Below are positions 8,757 to 19,355 of a stretch of 64,000 bases of DNA, one piece after another. The notes under the pieces are model-generated. The model saw only the letters and a program-made list of their open reading frames with translations, was not told the DNA's origin and did not search any database. The stretch spans positions 32,001-96,000 of the forward strand of contig CAWKBC010000029.1 in NCBI GenBank assembly GCA_963847705.1, given 5' to 3'. This stretch comes from an uncultured Pseudomonadota bacterium. Its GTDB lineage: Bacteria; Myxococcota_A; Polyangia; Fen-1088. The position numbers and the translations under genes are program-made. How positions within the stretch are numbered: the stretch's first letter is position 1; the number at the start of each line of letters is the position of its first letter.

Positions 8757-9746
8757 ATGTCGGATGAGCAGGTGCTGACCGAGGTTCGGGGTGTCAATCC
8801 GGAGGCCGCGCTGGCGGCCATCCGGGCGCGGGGCGCCCGGTTCGCCGCCGGTGACCGCGCTCCCGACGGGCGCAAGCTGGCGCTGGTGGTGGAGGGCGGC
8901 GCGTTGCGCGCCGTCTCCTCGGCGGGCGGCGTGGTCGCGCTCGAGCACCTCGGCCTCACCGACGTGTTCGACGACGTCTACGGCACGTCGGCCGGCGCGA
9001 TGAACGCCAGCTACTTCGTCACCGGGCAGGCGCGGCTCGGCATCCGCATCTACTACGAGGACATGAACCAGCGCGCCGTCGTGAACCCGTACCGGTTCTG
9101 GAAGATCCTCGATCTCGACCGGCTGTTCGCCCAGACGATCCTGAGCGCCAAGCGGCTGCGCCTCGACACCATCCTGGCGGCGCGCTCGAAGCTCCACATC
9201 GCCACGCTGGAGGCGAAGACCGGCAGGGGACGGGTCTTCGACGCGCAGACGCTCGGCGGCGAGGCCGAGCTGCTGTCGGCGCTGCGGGCCGCCACCGCGG
9301 CGCCCTTCCTCTACAACCATCCCGTCACCGTCGAGGGACGCCGCTTCCTCGATGCCGGCCTGGTCAACTCGTTTCCCATCGCGGACGCGGTGGCGGCCGG
9401 CTGCACCGACATCCTCGTGCTGTTGACGCGTCCGTTCGCCTACCGCCGCCCCCGCGCCGGCCGGATGATGCGCTGGCTGTTCGACCGGATCTGCGCGCCC
9501 GGCAACCCGCTCCTCAGCCGGGCGTTTGCGCTGCGGCACGAGCGCGACGCCGCGCTCCGGGATCTCGCCTTCGGGCGATTGCCGGTTGCCGCCGGCGTGA
9601 ACATCGCCACCATCTGCACCGACGACGTCGAGATCGTCCAGCGCATGACCACCGAGCGCTCGCTCCTGCTGGCAGCCGCCCTGGCCTTCGGGCAGAAGAC
9701 GTTGCGGGTGCTCGGCGCCGATCCCGCCGGATGGACCCTCGAATGA
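8757..9746 (+). CDS. Patatin-like phospholipase
   Basis: EGGALRAVSSAG oxyanion loop, GTSAG nucleophile motif, FLDAG. Confidence 0.9.
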   Translation: MSDEQVLTEVRGVNPEAALAAIRARGARFAAGDRAPDGRKLALVVEGGALRAVSSAGGVVALEHLGLTDVFDDVYGTSAGAMNASYFVTGQARLGIRIYYEDMNQRAVVNPYRFWKILDLDRLFAQTILSAKRLRLDTILAARSKLHIATLEAKTGRGRVFDAQTLGGEAELLSALRAATAAPFLYNHPVTVEGRRFLDAGLVNSFPIADAVAAGCTDILVLLTRPFAYRRPRAGRMMRWLFDRICAPGNPLLSRAFALRHERDAALRDLAFGRLPVAAGVNIATICTDDVEIVQRMTTERSLLLAAALAFGQKTLRVLGADPAGWTLE

Positions 9747-11220
9747 TCTCGACCCCAGAGCGACACGCCACCGTCCCCGCCCCGGCTGCCCGCCGGCGCG
9801 ACTATCTGCTGATGGTGGCCATCGGCGCCTTCGCCACCACCTTCGCGCAGCAGCGGTCGACCTTCGGCAACTACCCGATCCTCTTTCTCCTCAAGGAGAG
9901 GTTGCACTTCGGCCGGGAACAGGTCGCCGAGTTCTTCATGTGGGCCACCTTCGCCTGGAGCATGAAGCCGCTGGCCGGCGTCCTCACCGACGCCTTCCCC
10001 ATCCGCGGCTCACGCCGGCGCGCCTACCTGCTGCTCGGCGGCCTCATCGGCGGCTCCTGCTGGGCGCTGCTCAGCGTCGTCACCGGCAACTATCACCTGT
10101 TTCTTCTGGTCTCGATCCTGCTCAACGTCGGCCTGGTCCTGGCGAGCACGGCGATGGGCGGCCTGCAGGTCGAGGCGGGACAGCTCTTCGGCCTCTCCGG
10201 CCGCATCTCGTCCCTCCGGCAGGTGGTCATGTCGATCGCGCTGGTCGCGGGACCCTTGCTGGGCGGGTGGCTGGCAAAGAAGGCGTTCGGCTACACCGCC
10301 GGCGTCGGCACGCTGGTGATGCTGGCGCTGGTGACGTTCGCGCTCTTCGGGTTCAAGGAGACGGCCACCACCCTCCCCCGCCCGAACGCGCCGCCGGCGA
10401 CCCTGCGCCTGCCGAAGGCCCACGGTATCGCCCGTCGACGACCACCTGGATCGGCGTGGGGATCCTCCTGGCGGCCGGCACGGGGAGCGTGCTCGTCCAC
10501 GGGATGCTCAACGTCGGCCTCTCGCTGTTTGCCATGCTGGCCGTCTTCCTGTTCGTCCTGGCGCTGGCCATGACCCGCGTCCGCAATCCGGTGCTCTTGC
10601 AGGCCCAGCGGCAGCTGTCGCAGATCCTGCGCTCGCGCGCCCTCTGGCTGGCGGCCGGGATGCTGTTCCTCGTCTACGTCGTGCCCGGGTTCAACACCGC
10701 CCTCACCTATCGGCAGAGCGACGAGCTGCACTTCAGCAAGGAGCTGATCGGGCGGGTGGCCAGCATCGAGGGGGCGGCGGGCGTCGTCTTCGCGCTGGTC
10801 TACGCCGTCGTCTGCAGCCGGTTCAACCTGCGCACGCTGATCGTCTTCTCGATGGCCGCCAACGCCGCCGGCACCCTGCTGTTTCTGAGCTACACGGCCT
10901 CCGACGCCTACGCCGTCCACGCCGTGACCGGCGCGCTCAGCGTCCTGTCCGAGCTGGCGCTCATGGATCTGGCCGTCCGCTCGACCCCGCCAGGATGCGA
11001 AGGGCTCGGCTTCGCCCTCATGATGAGCGTGCGCAACTTCGGCATCGCCATGAGCGACGTCGGCGGCTCGATGCTGATGGACCAGGCCCACTTCACCTTC
11101 ACCACCCTCGTCCTCATCAACGCCTGCACCACCGCCGCCGTCCTGCTGTTCGTGCCCGCGCTTCCCAAAGCGTTGATCCTTCGCAAGGAAGGGGAACGGC
11201 AAACGCCCGCGAAAGCCTGA
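9743..11220 (+). CDS. MFS transporter (BT1/folate-biopterin family), frameshift near 10375-10390
   Basis: AWSMKPLAGVLTDAFPIRGSRRRAYL in the first frame; C-half continues in another frame (STPPGCEGLGFALMMSVRN). ATGA overlap with the patatin stop. Confidence 0.85.
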
Positions 11221-11265
11221 ACGGGGTCGCTTGACACGTTTGCGAGGCACAATGATCATCTTTGC

Positions 11266-11952
11266 GTGAACTGGCACTCTGTTCGAAGGCTCGCTTTGCT
11301 GGCGGCGCTCATTTGTCCAACGTTGGAGGCCTGCGCGTTCACCACCGACACCCTGGCGCCTGGCTACCAACCGCAACCCTGGGCCAGGCGGGTCAATGGC
11401 GCCGAGCAGGTGGCGGTGCGGGTGGAGGTGCGAGACCTGCGGAGGGATCGCGCCCGCGTGGGTGTCAAGAAGAACGGCTACGGAATGGAGATGGCGCCCA
11501 TCGTGTCGGCGACGGACGTTGCCGCGTTCGTGCGGGCGAACGTTGCTCTGGAGCTGGCGCGCCGGGGGTTCACGGTCGGCCAGACCGGGTTGGTCGTCAA
11601 CGTCGACCTGCGCAGGTACTTCAACGATTTCAGGCTCGGCTTCATGAGCGGCGACGCGACGGCCGAGGTGATCTTCGACGTCAGCGCCTACCCGGTGGGT
11701 CCCGAGGGCGCGGGGCCGCCCATCTTCCTGGGCCATTTCGAGGGAGTCGGGGAGAACAACGGAATCCAGATGTTCAGCGGCGAGAACGCCAAGGTGGCGC
11801 TGGACGCTGCCTTCATGGACGCGATGCGGTTGATGTTCTCCGACCGGCGGTTCCTGGCCGCGCTGATGCAGACCGCGGTGTTGCCTCCTCCCTACGCTCC
11901 GCCGACGCCGCCGCCCCAACCCGGCGGCCCGAGCGCCGCGCCGACCTCCTGA
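11266..11952 (+). CDS. YajG-family lipoprotein
   Basis: Lipobox LEAC; VRDLR...VGVKKNGYGMEMAPI; TTGACA at 11231 upstream. Confidence 0.75.
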   Translation: MNWHSVRRLALLAALICPTLEACAFTTDTLAPGYQPQPWARRVNGAEQVAVRVEVRDLRRDRARVGVKKNGYGMEMAPIVSATDVAAFVRANVALELARRGFTVGQTGLVVNVDLRRYFNDFRLGFMSGDATAEVIFDVSAYPVGPEGAGPPIFLGHFEGVGENNGIQMFSGENAKVALDAAFMDAMRLMFSDRRFLAALMQTAVLPPPYAPPTPPPQPGGPSAAPTS

Positions 11953-11961
11953 GCGACGGGG

Positions 11962-12096
11962 ACTGTCCCCACGATGGCGCCGACCGCGACCGACGCAAAA
12001 CCGAGGCCCGTCAGGTAGCTCGCCAGCACGCTGCTGACGACGCCGTTGGTCAGGCCCCGAACGCCGCGCGTGAAAGAGCAGCTTGTGCGCGTCCGA
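11962..12096 (-). pseudogene. N-terminal remnant of an MFS transporter
   Basis: SDAHKLL(fs)FTRGVRGLTNGVVSSVLASYLTGLGFASVAVGAIVGT resembles TM1-2 of an MFS family; rest of the gene absent. Confidence 0.5.
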
Positions 12097-12120
12097 CGTG
12101 GATCTGTCAGATAATGGGGG

Positions 12121-13218
12121 ATGGCCAGCGGCCTGCAGACGACGCGTCCGTTCGCGCGGGGGATCGGTCTGGCCGCGCTCGCGGCGCTGCTGTTCGGCGC
12201 CACGGCGCCGCTCCTCCAGATCGCCTCGCGCGGCCTCAACCCGGTCGCGGCGGCGGCGTTCCTGTACCTGGGCGCCGGCGTGCTGGCGCTGGTGACCAAG
12301 CTCGGGCGTGACGGGCACTCGGTCTCGCGGCGTTCGGGAGTGCGAAAGGAAGCCGCCCTCACCCGCGGCGACCTCCCGCGGGTGCTGCTGGTGGCGCTGC
12401 TCGGCGGCTTCGCCGGCCCGGCGCTGCTGGTGTACGGCCTCGCGCACACCGATGCGGTCCGTGCGTCGCTGCTCCTGACCCTGGAGGCGCCGCTCACCGC
12501 CCTGCTCGCGGCGGCCCTGTTTGGCGAGTACGTCTCACGGCGCGTCTGGTTCGCGGTCACGCTCATCAGCGTCGGCGCGGCGACGCTGGCCTATCCGGCG
12601 CTGGCTCATCGCGCCGCGCCCGGCCAGACGACAGGTGACCTCTTCGTCGTCCTGGCCTGCCTCGCCTGGGCGCTCGACAACAGCATCTCCCGCAAGCTGG
12701 CCGAGCGCGATCCGCTGGCGGTCGTCGCCGCCAAGGGCCTCTGCGGAGCCTCCCTGTCGCTCGGCGTGGCCTTCGCCGCCGGATGGGTCACGATCGACGT
12801 CGGCGCGGCGCTGCGGCTCCTGGCCGTCGGCGCCGTCGGCTATGGGTTGAGCCTGCAGCTCTACCTGCGGGCGCAACGGATGGTCGGGGCGGCGCGCACG
12901 GCGTCGGTCTTCGCGGCCGCGCCCTTCGTCGGCGTCGCGGTGGCGATGCTGGCCGGCACCCCCTGGCCCGGCGCGGTCGTGGCGCTTTCGGCGGGGTTGA
13001 TGGCCGCTGGCATCTGGCTGCACACCACGGAGCATCACGAGCACGCGCACGCGCACCTGGCGCTCGACCACGACCACGCGCACGTGCACGACGACGGACA
13101 CCACGGGCATCACCACGACCCGATGCCGCTCGGCCCCCACTCTCATCTTCACCACCACGATCCTCTCAGCCACCACCACGAGCACAGCGAGGATGTCCAT
13201 CACCACCACGTCCATTGA
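12121..13218 (+). CDS. EamA/DMT transporter with His-rich C-terminal tail
   Basis: About 10 TM helices, [12 protein letters not shown], tail HHEHAHAH...HHHHVH. Confidence 0.9.
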   Translation: MASGLQTTRPFARGIGLAALAALLFGATAPLLQIASRGLNPVAAAAFLYLGAGVLALVTKLGRDGHSVSRRSGVRKEAALTRGDLPRVLLVALLGGFAGPALLVYGLAHTDAVRASLLLTLEAPLTALLAAALFGEYVSRRVWFAVTLISVGAATLAYPALAHRAAPGQTTGDLFVVLACLAWALDNSISRKLAERDPLAVVAAKGLCGASLSLGVAFAAGWVTIDVGAALRLLAVGAVGYGLSLQLYLRAQRMVGAARTASVFAAAPFVGVAVAMLAGTPWPGAVVALSAGLMAAGIWLHTTEHHEHAHAHLALDHDHAHVHDDGHHGHHHDPMPLGPHSHLHHHDPLSHHHEHSEDVHHHHVH

Positions 13219-14092
13219 CCGAGGCGTTGGCCGAGTCGAAGAAGACGACCACGAAGACCACGGCGACGAGCTCATCGCGCCGTTGCTCCCACTGCTGACC
13301 GGGCGGCGGATCGTGGCGCTGACCGGGGCCGGCTGCAGCACGGAGTCGGGAATCCCCGACTATCGAAGCAATGGCCGGAGCGGCCCGCGGAACCCGATCC
13401 AGCAGGACGCCTTCCTGCGGCGCGAAGACGTGCGGCGCCGCTACTGGGCACGCGCGACCCTCGGCTGGGCGCGCTTTCGAGCGGCGGAGCCCAACGCCGC
13501 TCACCGCGCGCTGGCGTCGCTCGAACAGGAAGGCCTCCTCGCCGGGGTGATCACCCAGAACGTCGATCGCCTGCACCACCGCGCCGGAAGCCGTCGGGTG
13601 GTCGAGCTGCACGGCGCGCTGGCGGAGGTGAGCTGTCTGCGCTGCGGCGCCGCCGAGGAGCGCGACCAACTCCAACAGCGTCTGCTCGAGGCGAATCCCG
13701 GCTGGCTGGAGCTGGGCGCCGACGCCCTGCCCGACGGCGACTCCGAGCTCCCCGCCGAGCTGGTGGCCGGCTTCCGGCTGGTCGGGTGCCGGGGCTGCGG
13801 CGGCGACCTCAAGCCCAATGTCGTCTTCTTCGGCGGCAACGTCCCGGCGCCCACCCTGGCCGCCGCCTGGGAGCTGTTCGCGGAGGGCGAGGTGCTGCTG
13901 GTGATCGGTTCGTCCCTGACCGTCTATTCGGGCTTCCGATTCGTGCGGCGCGCCCAGGAGCTCGCGCTCCCCATCGCCGTCATCAACATCGGCCCCACCC
14001 GCGCCGACGATCTGGTGCAGGCGAAGATCTCGGCGCCCGCCTCCCTGGTGCTCCCGCGGCTGGCCCGCCAGCTTCGGGCGCGTTCGAGCTGA
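13193..14092 (+). CDS. cobB: NAD-dependent protein deacylase, Sir2 class II (SIRT4-like)
   Basis: [29 protein letters not shown], two Cxx[19 protein letters not shown]. Confidence 0.92.
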   Translation: MSITTTSIDRGVGRVEEDDHEDHGDELIAPLLPLLTGRRIVALTGAGCSTESGIPDYRSNGRSGPRNPIQQDAFLRREDVRRRYWARATLGWARFRAAEPNAAHRALASLEQEGLLAGVITQNVDRLHHRAGSRRVVELHGALAEVSCLRCGAAEERDQLQQRLLEANPGWLELGADALPDGDSELPAELVAGFRLVGCRGCGGDLKPNVVFFGGNVPAPTLAAAWELFAEGEVLLVIGSSLTVYSGFRFVRRAQELALPIAVINIGPTRADDLVQAKISAPASLVLPRLARQLRARSS

Positions 14093-14262
14093 CAAAACAG
14101 ACCCCGAGGGGCGCAGCATCTGTCGACAGAGGCCACAAAAACGTCCTGGCAATTACGCACCGGCGGGCCGAAAAACCGCGACTGCTTCCTGGAATACGTC
14201 CCTCTCCCGTCGTTTTGGGTGGTGCAGCTTTCATTTTTCGGAGCTGTGGTTGAGTTGGTGTT

Positions 14263-14273
14263 TCTGATATGGT
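14263..14273 (+). promoter_or_regulatory. Extended -10-like element shared with the paralogous lipoprotein at 54724
   Basis: TCTGATATGGT here versus TCTGTTATGGT at 54681-54691, both about 35 nt before GGGGA...ACGGATG. Confidence 0.55.
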
Positions 14274-14309
14274 CCAGCTCGCTTTTTTTAACGGGGGAGA
14301 TGCGCACGG

Positions 14310-16292
14310 ATGAGCTTTTCACTTCGATCGGTCGCTGCGGGTTTGGTTCTGGTCACGGCGTCGGTGCTGTCCGGCTGCGGAGGAGGTTCCGGGAAACCGG
14401 CCCCCGGCATGGGCTGCTCGCTCACCAGCCAGTGTGCGGCGGGTCTGATCTGCACCTTCGGGTTCTGTCATGACCAGTGTGAGAAGGACGTCGACTGCTC
14501 GCCCGGGATGTGCGTGAAGTCGACCGCGCTCGGCGACGCGGGCGGCGCGCTCAACGTCTGCCAGCTCCCGACGGAGGCGCACTGCTACTACAACAGTCAG
14601 TGCATGGCACCGCTGGTCTGCGGTCGCGATGAGCAATGCCGCAACCAGTGCCAGAGCAGCGTGGACTGCGTCACCGGCCAGATCTGTACCTCCTCGGGCG
14701 TTTGCGCGGACCAGTCGCAGATCGTGGCCGGGACAAACGACGTCACGCTGGTCACGACGGGCCGCGACGGCGGCGCCGACATGTACGCGAGCGGAACCGC
14801 CGGGACGGGTGTCCTCGGCACGGGCGGCGCGGCCGGCGGAGGCGCCACCGGCACCGGCGGCTCGGGCGGCGGGACCGCCACCGGGACCGGCGGAACGGCA
14901 GGCACGGCCGGCTCGACCGGCTTGGCCGGGTCGACTGGCAAAGGCGGCGCCACCGGCACGGGCGGCGCGAGCGGAGGCTGCTCGCCGGCGTGTGCCCTCG
15001 GATTTCAGTGCGCCTCCGGCACCTGCCAGGCCTGTGGAACCTCGGGCGCCATCTGCTGCGGCACCGGGAGCACGGCGACCTGCCAGTCGAACCTGACCTG
15101 TGTCTCTGGCACCTGCACCTGCGGCGGGGTCAATCAGGCCTGCTGCACCGGGACCACCTGCGGCACCGGGCTTCAGTGCGTGGCGGGCGTCTGCAGCTGC
15201 GGCGGCGCAGGACAGAACTGCTGCAGCGGGAAGACTTGCAACACCGGTCTCGTCTGCGGCGGGATCCGCTGCGGCTGCGCAGTCGCCTGCGACGAAACGG
15301 CCGTCTTGAAGACCGACGGCTCGGTCTTCATCAGCAACACGCCCATCACCAACCTGGACGACACGCTGTTCAAGGTGACGACCGTCTCGTACAACGGCTC
15401 CTTCGGCTGCGGCGTGAAGGCGGATGGGACGGTCTGGTGCTGGGGAACCAACACCTACGGCGCGCTCGGCATCGGTGACACCACCGTCCCCAGCTCGACG
15501 CCGCCGGTCGAGGTCGTCACCGCGGCGGGCGGCCCCGCGTTGACGGGCATCACCTCGGTCGGGGTCTCCGACTCGGGCTACACCGCCTGCGCGATCGGCG
15601 CTTCCGGCGCCGTCTGGTGCTGGGGCTACGGCGGCTACGGCCAGCTGGGGAACGGGTTCAAGAACAACTCCTCCTACGCCACGCCGGTCCTCACCGACGC
15701 CAGCGCCACGCAGTTCACCGGCGCGCAGACAGTCTCGGTCAGCTACGTCCACGCCTGCGTGTACAAGACCGACATGACGGTCTGGTGTTGGGGCGACAAC
15801 ACCTACGGAGAGATCGGCGTCGGAAGCACGGCGACGGCGATCCTCTACCCCACGCAGGTCACCAACCTGCAGACCTCGGCGCTCGACGTGATCGCGGCTG
15901 ACGAGCCGTACGGAAACTCGTGCGCCACCACCTCGGACGGCAGCGCCTACTGCTGGGGCGCCAACTCTTACGACGGCCTCGGCAACGGATTGATGAGCGG
16001 GATGGCGATCGTGCCGACGCAGGTGCTAACGGCGGCGGCGACCCCGCTGACCAATGTGACCAGGGTCATCGACTGGATGTCCGGCTACAAGCTCTGCGCC
16101 CAGCGGAGCGATCTCAGCGTCTGGTGCTGGGGGGGTGGCAGCGCCGGCGGGGTCTTCGCGACGCCGCTCGTCGACGCCCAGAGCAATCCAGTCTCGGGTG
16201 AGACGGTCATTGGCCGCCAGTGCTACCTCGACGCCAACGACAAACTCTGGGTGGCCGGCTCGATGTCCGGCAATCAGGTCACTTGCCCCTGA
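14310..16292 (+). CDS. Cys-rich lipoprotein with C-terminal RCC1-repeat beta-propeller
   Basis: Lipobox LSGC; Cys-rich domain; GTGG linker; CGGxxQxCC repeats; RCC1 repeats (VWCWGxNxYGxLG). Confidence 0.9.
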   Translation: MSFSLRSVAAGLVLVTASVLSGCGGGSGKPAPGMGCSLTSQCAAGLICTFGFCHDQCEKDVDCSPGMCVKSTALGDAGGALNVCQLPTEAHCYYNSQCMAPLVCGRDEQCRNQCQSSVDCVTGQICTSSGVCADQSQIVAGTNDVTLVTTGRDGGADMYASGTAGTGVLGTGGAAGGGATGTGGSGGGTATGTGGTAGTAGSTGLAGSTGKGGATGTGGASGGCSPACALGFQCASGTCQACGTSGAICCGTGSTATCQSNLTCVSGTCTCGGVNQACCTGTTCGTGLQCVAGVCSCGGAGQNCCSGKTCNTGLVCGGIRCGCAVACDETAVLKTDGSVFISNTPITNLDDTLFKVTTVSYNGSFGCGVKADGTVWCWGTNTYGALGIGDTTVPSSTPPVEVVTAAGGPALTGITSVGVSDSGYTACAIGASGAVWCWGYGGYGQLGNGFKNNSSYATPVLTDASATQFTGAQTVSVSYVHACVYKTDMTVWCWGDNTYGEIGVGSTATAILYPTQVTNLQTSALDVIAADEPYGNSCATTSDGSAYCWGANSYDGLGNGLMSGMAIVPTQVLTAAATPLTNVTRVIDWMSGYKLCAQRSDLSVWCWGGGSAGGVFATPLVDAQSNPVSGETVIGRQCYLDANDKLWVAGSMSGNQVTCP

Positions 16293-16312
16293 CGTGATAG
16301 AGTCCACGCGCA

Positions 16313-17836
16313 GTGGGCGAGACGGCTGGTAGCGACCTCGAGCCGGGCGCGAAGATCGGCGAGTACGTCGTCGATCGCAAGCTCGCCGAAGGCGGGATGG
16401 GATCGGTCTACGCCGGTCACCACCCCGTCATCGGCAAGCGCGTGGCGGTCAAGGTCCTCTCCGCGCAGTGCGCGCACATCCCCGACCTGGTCCGCCGGTT
16501 CGTCGAGGAGGCGCGCGCCGTCAACAAGATCGGCCACCCCAACATCATCGACATCTTCTCGTTCGGGACCCTGGCCGACGCCCGGCCGTTCTTCGTCATG
16601 GAGTTCCTCGAGGGGGCGAACCTGGCCGAGCGGCTGGAGAAGGGGGACCTGACCGCGAGCGAGACGCGGCGCCTCCTGCGGCAGATCTGCGGCGCGCTCG
16701 AGGCCGCGCACCGGGCGGGGATCGTCCACCGCGATCTGAAGCCGGAGAACATCTGGGTCGCCGCCCCGGCCCACGAGGACTCCTTCGCCAAGGTGCTCGA
16801 CTTCGGGATCGCCAAGCTGCTGGACAACCCCGCGGGGAAGAGCACGCAGACGGGCGCGGCGATGGGGACGCCCCGCTACATGGCGCCCGAACAGTGCATG
16901 GGGCGCCCTGTCGACCACCGCGCCGACATCTATTCCCTCGGCGTGATCCTCTACGAGATCTTCGCGGGGATCGTCCCCTTTCGCGGCGAGTCCTTCGGCG
17001 AGCTCATCTACCAGCACATGTCCGAACCGCCCGAGCCCCCCTCGCGCCACCGCCCGATGGACCCGGAGCTGGAGCGGATCATCCTCGCCTGCCTGGAGAA
17101 GGATCCGGCCAAGCGGCCGGAGTCGGCCAAGGAGCTGGGGAGGCTGCTCGATCTCGTGGTGCACGAGGGGACCGAGCCGGTCACCCAGCTCCGGACCGCC
17201 GTTCTGACGCCCCGCCCCTCGGCCGCGGTCGGCACCACGATGGGACAGTCGATCGGCGAGGTGGTGGTCGCCCCGGCACGGGCAGGGAAACGCGGGACCG
17301 CGCTGGCGGCGGCGGGCGCGGCGGCGCTGGTCGTCGTGGTGGGCGGATTTCTGCTGATGAGAAACAGCGCGACGACCCGCGCACCCGTCGCCTCGCCGGC
17401 ACCCGCGCCGCCCGTCGCCGCGGCGCCCACCCCGGCGCCAGCGCCGACGACCGCGCACCTGCAGCTGCAGATCGAGGGGGGCCCGGCCGATCGGGTCAGC
17501 CTCGACGGGCACGAGATCGCGCGGGCCGTCAGCGTCGTCGACTTCGGCGAGGTCGCGGCGGGCGCGCATCTGGTGACGATCGACGCGGCCGGGCGCGAAA
17601 CCCAAAACAGCCCGGTGACGATCATCGCCGGTGCGCCCGCCACCTTGTCGGTCTCTCTGCCGCCCGTGGCGGAGGCGTCGCACCCCGGGGGACATCGACA
17701 AGCTGGGCACGCTTCGGGGCTGGTGCGGGCGTCCGATACGGAAGCTGCCGGCGCGCCGGCGCACGCCCCCACCATCAAACATTCTCGCGCCGAGGAGCAC
17801 GGACTCATGGACGAAAACCCCTTCCGCAAAAACTGA
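16313..17836 (+). CDS. Membrane Ser/Thr protein kinase with C-terminal PEGA-like domain
   Basis: AEGGMGSVY, VAVKVL, HRDLKPEN, DFG, YMAPE; one TM; C-terminus LMDENPF. Confidence 0.95.
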   Translation: MGETAGSDLEPGAKIGEYVVDRKLAEGGMGSVYAGHHPVIGKRVAVKVLSAQCAHIPDLVRRFVEEARAVNKIGHPNIIDIFSFGTLADARPFFVMEFLEGANLAERLEKGDLTASETRRLLRQICGALEAAHRAGIVHRDLKPENIWVAAPAHEDSFAKVLDFGIAKLLDNPAGKSTQTGAAMGTPRYMAPEQCMGRPVDHRADIYSLGVILYEIFAGIVPFRGESFGELIYQHMSEPPEPPSRHRPMDPELERIILACLEKDPAKRPESAKELGRLLDLVVHEGTEPVTQLRTAVLTPRPSAAVGTTMGQSIGEVVVAPARAGKRGTALAAAGAAALVVVVGGFLLMRNSATTRAPVASPAPAPPVAAAPTPAPAPTTAHLQLQIEGGPADRVSLDGHEIARAVSVVDFGEVAAGAHLVTIDAAGRETQNSPVTIIAGAPATLSVSLPPVAEASHPGGHRQAGHASGLVRASDTEAAGAPAHAPTIKHSRAEEHGLMDENPFRKN

Positions 17837-19332
17837 TGCGTCATTTCTCTCTCGCTTCGCCCGTTTCACTCATCTCGATCGGACTCTGCGTGGTGCTCGT
17901 CGGGGGCCGCGCCGCCGCCCAGACACCCATGCTCTCACCCGCGGCCCGACAAGAAGCGGCGGAGCGCTTCGATCGGGGCCTGCGCCTCTTCAATCAAGGG
18001 GAGAACGCCGGCGCTCTGGTCGAGTTCAAGCGGACCTACGAGCTGACCGGCGATCCCTCGACGCTGTTCAACATCGGGCTCGTCTACGCCGAGCTGAAGC
18101 GTCCCGTCGAGGCGGTCGATGCCCTCGACATGCTGCTCAAGAGCTCCGCCAAGCTGGGGCCCGAGCAGCGGCAGAAGGCCGAAAGGGTCCGGGCCGAGCA
18201 GCGGACGTTCGTCTCCTTCGTGGAGATCAGCAGCAACGTGCAGGCCATGATCGAGGTCGACGGCGTCGAGGCTTCGCACACGCCGCTCACCGCCCCCCTG
18301 CGCCTGGCGGCCGGCCATCACGTGGTGGGCGCGGTCGCCGCCGGCTACGCCCCCTTGCGGAAGACCATCGACATCGCCGGCGGGGAGACGCAGAAGCTGA
18401 GCTTCGAGCTGGTGCCCGGCGAGGCCGCGCTCGGCCACCTGGCCCTGCACTGCGCGCTGCCGGCCGCCGCGATCTGGATCGACGGGACCGAGAGCGGGCG
18501 TACGCCGCTGGCCGCGACGCTGGCGCTCAACCCCGGCCCGCACCACATCGAGGTGCGCCGCGAAGGGTATCGGCCGGCGATCGCCGACATCAAGCTGGAT
18601 CTGGGCGCGGTGGCCGACGTGACCCTCGATCCTCAGGTCGACCCCGCCGAGATGGCGAGCAGCGGTGGAAATCTGATCGTCACCGTCAGCGAGACGGACG
18701 CGCTCCTCTCCGTCGACGGTCATCCGGCCGAGGCGCTGGCGGGCCCCATCCGGCTGCCGGTCGGTCCCCACCACCTGACGCTGACCCGCGCCGGCTTCGA
18801 GCCGTCGGAGCTCGACGTCACCATCGCGCGTGGCGCGACCTTCAACACCACCGTGAACCTGCAGGCCACGGCCGACACCCGAGATGCCTACCTGGCCCGC
18901 ATCCACGAGCGGCGGGTCTGGGGCTGGGCCACCGCGGGCGTCGGGGTCGCCGCGCTGGCCACCGGAGTGGTCCTCCTCGTCACCGGTCACAGCGCCCTCA
19001 ACAGCGCGAACGACAATCTGACGGCGGTGGATCAGGAGTTCGTGCGCGGGAGCGGGAAACCCTGCGACCAATCGCAGCAGGTCGATCAGGCGATGTGCGC
19101 GGCGCTCCTCGACAACGCGAACCAGCGCGTCTCCAACGCCAACACCCGGATCACGGTCGGCTACATCGTGGGCGGCGTCGGCGTGGCCGCCGCCGTCGTC
19201 GGCGCCGTCGTCCTTCTGACCGGCGACGATCCCGGCCGCTACGATCACAAGTCGGCGTCGTCCGGCCACCCCACCCTCCTGGGCTGGGCCACCGGAAGCA
19301 GCGGCGGTTTGATGCTGCTCGGCCAGTTCTAG
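17836..19332 (+). CDS. TPR + three PEGA domain protein with C-terminal hydrophobic hairpin
   Basis: Signal peptide, AAERFDRGLRLF TPR, three IxVDG...TPL...GxH PEGA units, two C-terminal hydrophobic segments. TGATG coupling to the kinase. Confidence 0.9.
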   Translation: MRHFSLASPVSLISIGLCVVLVGGRAAAQTPMLSPAARQEAAERFDRGLRLFNQGENAGALVEFKRTYELTGDPSTLFNIGLVYAELKRPVEAVDALDMLLKSSAKLGPEQRQKAERVRAEQRTFVSFVEISSNVQAMIEVDGVEASHTPLTAPLRLAAGHHVVGAVAAGYAPLRKTIDIAGGETQKLSFELVPGEAALGHLALHCALPAAAIWIDGTESGRTPLAATLALNPGPHHIEVRREGYRPAIADIKLDLGAVADVTLDPQVDPAEMASSGGNLIVTVSETDALLSVDGHPAEALAGPIRLPVGPHHLTLTRAGFEPSELDVTIARGATFNTTVNLQATADTRDAYLARIHERRVWGWATAGVGVAALATGVVLLVTGHSALNSANDNLTAVDQEFVRGSGKPCDQSQQVDQAMCAALLDNANQRVSNANTRITVGYIVGGVGVAAAVVGAVVLLTGDDPGRYDHKSASSGHPTLLGWATGSSGGLMLLGQF

Positions 19333-19355
19333 CGCGCGCCCCGCAACGACCGCGG

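Noticed and set aside
13193-14092. Sir2 anti-phage defence (Thoeris/DSR-type)
   Set aside because: Has class II deacylase motifs with a Zn-binding CxxC pair, and no defence partner genes nearby.
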